A stretch of DNA of 37,217 nucleotides from a virus. Its lineage: Duplodnaviria; Caudoviricetes. This document shows positions 33,590 to 37,217 of this stretch, one piece after another. Both the position numbers and the translations under genes were made by a program. Location: positions 1 through 37,217 of the IMG/VR virus record IMGVR_UViG_3300017754_003015; one strand, written 5' to 3'. Within the stretch, counting starts at the first letter, position 1; each line of letters opens with the position of its first letter. The notes beneath the pieces are model-generated. The model saw only the letters and a list, made by a program, of their open reading frames with translations. It did not search any database and was not told the origin of the DNA.

Positions 33590-33754
33590 ATGGAAAAGTG
33601 TGTATTTTGCCACTCTAATCAGATATCTATAACAGTAAAAAAAGATGATATGGTACGTTATTCATGTAAAACTTGTGGGACTAAAACTGATAGACACAAG
33701 TTAGATGAGATAGTGGATAAAATCAAAATTCACATCCACAAGATGGACAAGTAG
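33590..33754 (+). CDS. 54-aa zinc-ribbon protein (Lar-like)
   Basis: CVFCHS...YSCKTCGTKT; AGGTG RBS. Confidence 0.55.
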   Translation: MEKCVFCHSNQISITVKKDDMVRYSCKTCGTKTDRHKLDEIVDKIKIHIHKMDK

Positions 33755-34999
33755 TTAGTTTTCATCAAACAAATGAAACTTCTCACCGTTTCTTATAACT
33801 GTGTAATCATTCCCTTCTTTCTTTCTTTCCTTTATCCACCTTCTCACTATCACATCACAATAAGCTTGTGATAACTCCACCCCTATACACTTTCTATCAA
33901 GTCTTTCTGCCGCAATTAATGTTGTACCTGAGCCAAGAAAAGGGTCTAATATACAATCATTTTTGTTTGAACTATGAGTTATTATATGTCCAATAAGAGG
34001 CAGTGGTTTCATGGTCGGGTGAAGATCACAAGAGGATACTTTAGAAAATTCAAATGTGCTATGAGCGTGTCCTTCATTTGGAAAATTAAATACATGTTTA
34101 CCTTTTGTTGCATAACATATTAATTCACCGTCCCAAGTCCAATGTCTTTTCATTAAAGAAGGCATAGGGTTATTTTTTTTCCAAACACACCAACCATAAT
34201 GAGTTGCCCATTGTTTCATCCATTTCCATATATCACCAGCTAGGTGGTGACTTGTGAAAATATAAATAGATATGTTTTTTGGCAATTTACTTTTTATATT
34301 ATCAAGAAAAAGTTCAACATCAAAATTTTTATCCCATTCGCTATCTTTTAATTTTTTAGCCATTTTATTTTTAGATCCTATAGCTACCATTTTATTTTCA
34401 GAAGAATGATTAAAAGGAGGATCTGTGACCATCAATATCGGCTCATTATTACCCATGACCTTATTAACAGTATCGCTATCAGTACTATCACCGCAAATAA
34501 GACGATGGTTTCCGAGTTCATATAAGTCACCTAATTTTGTTATGGCATCTTCATCTTTTGCAGGTTCTAAAACTTCCGAGTCATCCTCTAATGACTTAGT
34601 GTCATCTTTATCCTCACTTTCTAAACCAAGTAACTGCTGTTCTGTGAAACCCCACTCTAATAAGTCAAGCATCTCCCATTCATTAGCCAATATCTCATAA
34701 TCCCAATTACCCTGATTTAAGTTATGGCCTATACAAAGGTGGTTAACCTCCTCTTCCGTTAGCTCCCTATTGGGAACCCAGCAATCCACTTCCTTTACTT
34801 TCTGTTTCTTAAGAATTTTAATGCGTTGATGTCCGCCAATAATGGTCATGTCTGTATTGACTATAGGTAAGTCAATTAACCCAAACTTAGCAATCAAATC
34901 GGTTAAGTTCTGCATCTGATCTTTTGTGATAGAGCGTGGGTTTTTAGGGTGAGGTTTTAGGTTTTTTATGGGTATTTTTTGGATATGCCAGTTAATCAT
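33755..34999 (-). CDS. ParB-N domain fused to a beta-class N6A/N4C DNA methyltransferase
   Basis: LKPHPKNPR, IIGGHQR (ParB-N); GNHRLICGDST, TDPPF, HPTMKP, DPFLGSGTT; start placed at MINW by ATGA coupling. Confidence 0.92.
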   Translation of the reverse strand: MINWHIQKIPIKNLKPHPKNPRSITKDQMQNLTDLIAKFGLIDLPIVNTDMTIIGGHQRIKILKKQKVKEVDCWVPNRELTEEEVNHLCIGHNLNQGNWDYEILANEWEMLDLLEWGFTEQQLLGLESEDKDDTKSLEDDSEVLEPAKDEDAITKLGDLYELGNHRLICGDSTDSDTVNKVMGNNEPILMVTDPPFNHSSENKMVAIGSKNKMAKKLKDSEWDKNFDVELFLDNIKSKLPKNISIYIFTSHHLAGDIWKWMKQWATHYGWCVWKKNNPMPSLMKRHWTWDGELICYATKGKHVFNFPNEGHAHSTFEFSKVSSCDLHPTMKPLPLIGHIITHSSNKNDCILDPFLGSGTTLIAAERLDRKCIGVELSQAYCDVIVRRWIKERKKEGNDYTVIRNGEKFHLFDEN

Positions 35000-35145
35000 T
35001 TTTCCTCTTTGCATTCTTTACAATATGTAGATTCACATCTAGGACATATCCAATATTCTGGATTCCATGGTTCGTATCCAATTACTAATTGGAGTTTAGT
35101 GCCACACTTACAAAACTTTGGCTTACAGTCACATTCTTTACACAT
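34996..35145 (-). CDS. 49-aa Cys-rich zinc-finger peptide (not in ORF track)
   Basis: MCKECDCKPKFCKCG...WICPRCESTYCKECKEEK; stop overlaps the methyltransferase start. Confidence 0.6.
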   Translation of the reverse strand: MCKECDCKPKFCKCGTKLQLVIGYEPWNPEYWICPRCESTYCKECKEEK

Positions 35146-35228
35146 GCTAACATTTATATCAGAATCATAGATTTTAATTTAGTTGATTTTTTAACATGGG
35201 TGTCTCAAACTTGTTACACGGTTAAACA

Positions 35229-35516
35229 ATGAGCATGATACAGATGGAATTAAATTTGGATAATAAAAGTGATATAGAATTAAAATATGACGAATTAAAA
35301 GTCGAGTTGGCAAATACAAAAGAAAGCTTGCGCAAGATACAGAAAAAACTTTTCGGAGAAATGTCCTTGCTGCGCAAGGTTTGCTTAACTCAGCAAAAAG
35401 AAATCCAAGAGCTAAGAGATGAGCGTCAAGGTAACAAATCTCAGAAGCCCGTAACTTGGATATACGAAAAAGGGGACTGTCTCTTTATTGAAGAGAAACA
35501 GGAAGCTGTTTGCTAA
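35229..35516 (+). CDS. Coiled-coil hypothetical protein
   Basis: 95-aa ORF with heptad pattern, filling a gap on the opposite strand. Confidence 0.6.
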   Translation: MSMIQMELNLDNKSDIELKYDELKVELANTKESLRKIQKKLFGEMSLLRKVCLTQQKEIQELRDERQGNKSQKPVTWIYEKGDCLFIEEKQEAVC

Positions 35517-35560
35517 CGGATTTGTTAGCTAATAACACATGCCAATAATTAACAAACTTG

Positions 35561-35719
35561 TTAGTTGGGCTCTCTAAATGAAGTTAAAATTCTATAACAA
35601 GGTGAGCATACATAAATAATGCTTTCTTTTATTTCTCCTGTAGTAAACTCTTTTTTTTTAACTTCATAAACACATGTAGATTTACCACACTCTTCACATA
35701 TGCCAGCTTTCCTAACCAT
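35561..35719 (-). CDS. 52-aa zinc-finger protein (not in ORF track)
   Basis: MVRKAGICEECGK...YVCSPCYR; GGAG RBS inside the end of the RusA-like gene. Confidence 0.6.
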   Translation of the reverse strand: MVRKAGICEECGKSTCVYEVKKKEFTTGEIKESIIYVCSPCYRILTSFREPN

Positions 35720-36074
35720 ATTCAATCTCCACCCTCAATGTTGTACGTTTAGCTTTTTCTTGTTTATAGGACACTTCTATACGTTTATCATCATCTGCCC
35801 TACCCACCCTAAGGCCCGGTATCAGTAATTCGCAAATTTGGTCACATACGTATTTAAAACTTGATGGTAAATTATCGTGTGCATCTAACTCGCGTTCCGC
35901 TAACCTAATTAGAGTAATTTTGCATGGAAGCGTAACTTCTTTGATATCTTTTGCCATAGCTATTTTTACTATCTTTTTCTGTAGCCTATGACGTTTAGCT
36001 TTTACTGTCCAATGCTGAGAGCAATTTAATTCACTCACTGTGCGCAATGGTATGTTCCAAGTTAGTTTTTTCAT
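35712..36074 (-). CDS. RusA-like Holliday junction resolvase
   Basis: SELN...HW..KAKR, LDAHDNL.SSFKYVCD, DDD; start MKKL is ATGA-coupled to the replication gene. Confidence 0.75.
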   Translation of the reverse strand: MKKLTWNIPLRTVSELNCSQHWTVKAKRHRLQKKIVKIAMAKDIKEVTLPCKITLIRLAERELDAHDNLPSSFKYVCDQICELLIPGLRVGRADDDKRIEVSYKQEKAKRTTLRVEIEYG

Positions 36075-37015
36075 ATAGTCATTATCCCTAATTGTTTCAT
36101 ATAAAAACAAAACTTTTCCTTAAATTTCATCTCTGCGTATGAAATTACTTTATAGAAACCTTGACCATCTTTTGAGAGTTCCACGTGATCTTTTCGTAGC
36201 TGAATATCCACTTTATTTTTTGCTAATTCTATATGCTTCTTAGCAAATTCTTTTCTTTCTTCAATAGGGTCAACTACAATAAGTTTAATGTCTTTAGAAC
36301 CTTTGCCTGTTTTGCATCCCCACTTAATTGCTGCTGCTAAGCATTTAATTTTAGTCGTTTCATGAGTTGCCCATACTAAACATTCGATAACAATCGATTC
36401 GACATACATTCGTGTGATTTCGATTTTGTCATATTCTGGAATATCGATCGATTTTAAGCATTCATAGATTTTTACCGGCTCTGGATTTTTTTTCTTCAAA
36501 GAAACAGCAGCAAGATTTTTAGGTGCTTCCTGCTGTTGTTTCTTTTGTATAGTTTCTTTTGTATTAGTTTCTTTTGTGGGTGTCTTTAGGTCACTAGGGT
36601 AGTGTCTTTCGGTCACTGGTCTAGTGTCTTTAGGACACTGGTCTAAATTATTTGAAAAAATTAACTCATCTTCTTCAGTCTCAATACCATCTAACTCAGA
36701 AAGGTGTTCTTGTTCCATTTCTTCCATATTCAAAGCGTAATAACATCTTTCTCTTCCAAGCACTCCAAACTTCTTCTTTATGACCAATCCTTTTTCTATT
36801 AATGAAGCTAAAGAACGACAAACAGATCTTCTTTCCATTCCAGATTTTTCTGATAATTGAGACAAGCTGATTCTATCAGCACACTTATGCCATCCAAAAG
36901 TTTGTCTTGTAAGAACAAGAATAACTCTAAGCTCCCCCTCTTTTAATGTTTTGAATATTTCATCATACAAAACGTTAGGGCTGTGTGTGTAATTTGATAC
37001 TGGTAATTTTGGCAT
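36071..37015 (-). CDS. Replication initiator (lambda O-like N-terminal domain)
   Basis: YTHSPNVLYD...ELRVILVLTRQTFGWHK..DRISLSQL...G; AGGAG RBS; internal iterons. Confidence 0.88.
   Translation of the reverse strand: MPKLPVSNYTHSPNVLYDEIFKTLKEGELRVILVLTRQTFGWHKCADRISLSQLSEKSGMERRSVCRSLASLIEKGLVIKKKFGVLGRERCYYALNMEEMEQEHLSELDGIETEEDELIFSNNLDQCPKDTRPVTERHYPSDLKTPTKETNTKETIQKKQQQEAPKNLAAVSLKKKNPEPVKIYECLKSIDIPEYDKIEITRMYVESIVIECLVWATHETTKIKCLAAAIKWGCKTGKGSKDIKLIVVDPIEERKEFAKKHIELAKNKVDIQLRKDHVELSKDGQGFYKVISYAEMKFKEKFCFYMKQLGIMTI
36539..36645. repeat. Probable replication origin: 3 x 22-bp iterons plus AT-rich repeats
   Basis: GTGTCTTTAGGTCACTAGGGTA (36580), GTGTCTTTCGGTCACTGGTCTA (36602), GTGTCTTTAGGACACTGGTCTA (36624); adjacent 3 x TTTCTTTTGT. 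Confidence 0.85.
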
Positions 37016-37094
37016 TTTATTCTCCTATCTTTGTTAAATATTTATTTAACTCTAAATTAAGTAGGAGAAAATCTGTTGATTATATATATACAAA

Positions 37095-37217
37095 ATATGT
37101 ATAGTGATACTACAACAACGATAAATCTCTTACTTGCCGGTAGAGTTAAGTTTTTGTTGATGCCCACGGTTAGTCGCCGTGGGTTTTCTCGTTTATTCCT
37201 CTGTTATCTTTTTTTCA
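37095..37217. repeat. Terminal direct repeat (right copy)
   Basis: Identical to bases 1-123. Confidence 0.95.

Noticed and set aside
1-37217. Alternative genetic code, tRNA genes or introns
   Set aside because: Core genes are intact and densely packed in the standard code; no cloverleaf or split gene was noticed.

Overview
The window looks like a complete, circularly assembled, AT-rich tailed dsDNA phage genome. Bases 1-123 equal 37095-37217, giving a unit length of about 37,094 bp. The minus strand carries a podovirus-type morphogenesis module: terS, terL, HNH, P22-like portal, scaffold, N4-gp56-like major capsid, tail tubular A/B, ejection proteins and fibres, with no tape measure. The early region has a Cro-like HTH, a SpoVG-like protein, an SSB plus YqaJ exonuclease, a lambda-O-like initiator containing 3 x 22-bp iterons, a RusA-like resolvase, a ParB-N DNA methyltransferase and a small serine resolvase. 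I could not recognise an integrase, CI-type repressor, holin/endolysin, tRNA or CRISPR array. The most unusual features are: (i) two tandem promoter-hairpin-terminator cassettes antisense to the replication-gene leader, plus a third small antisense cassette; (ii) hairpins with related loops (mostly containing YCGY) and a shared UGGCUGUA linker in late-gene leaders, together with a stem-enclosed element at 23.72 kb carrying four complementary motifs; (iii) an antisense, overlapping gene for an RNAP alpha-CTD-like protein; (iv) three dispersed paralogues of a small membrane-anchored 'KDFHGRLC' protein. From memory only, several small proteins resemble environmental Chlamydiae hypotheticals, which would make this a candidate phage-plasmid of Chlamydiae. 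All family assignments are motif recognition by eye and no searches were run.
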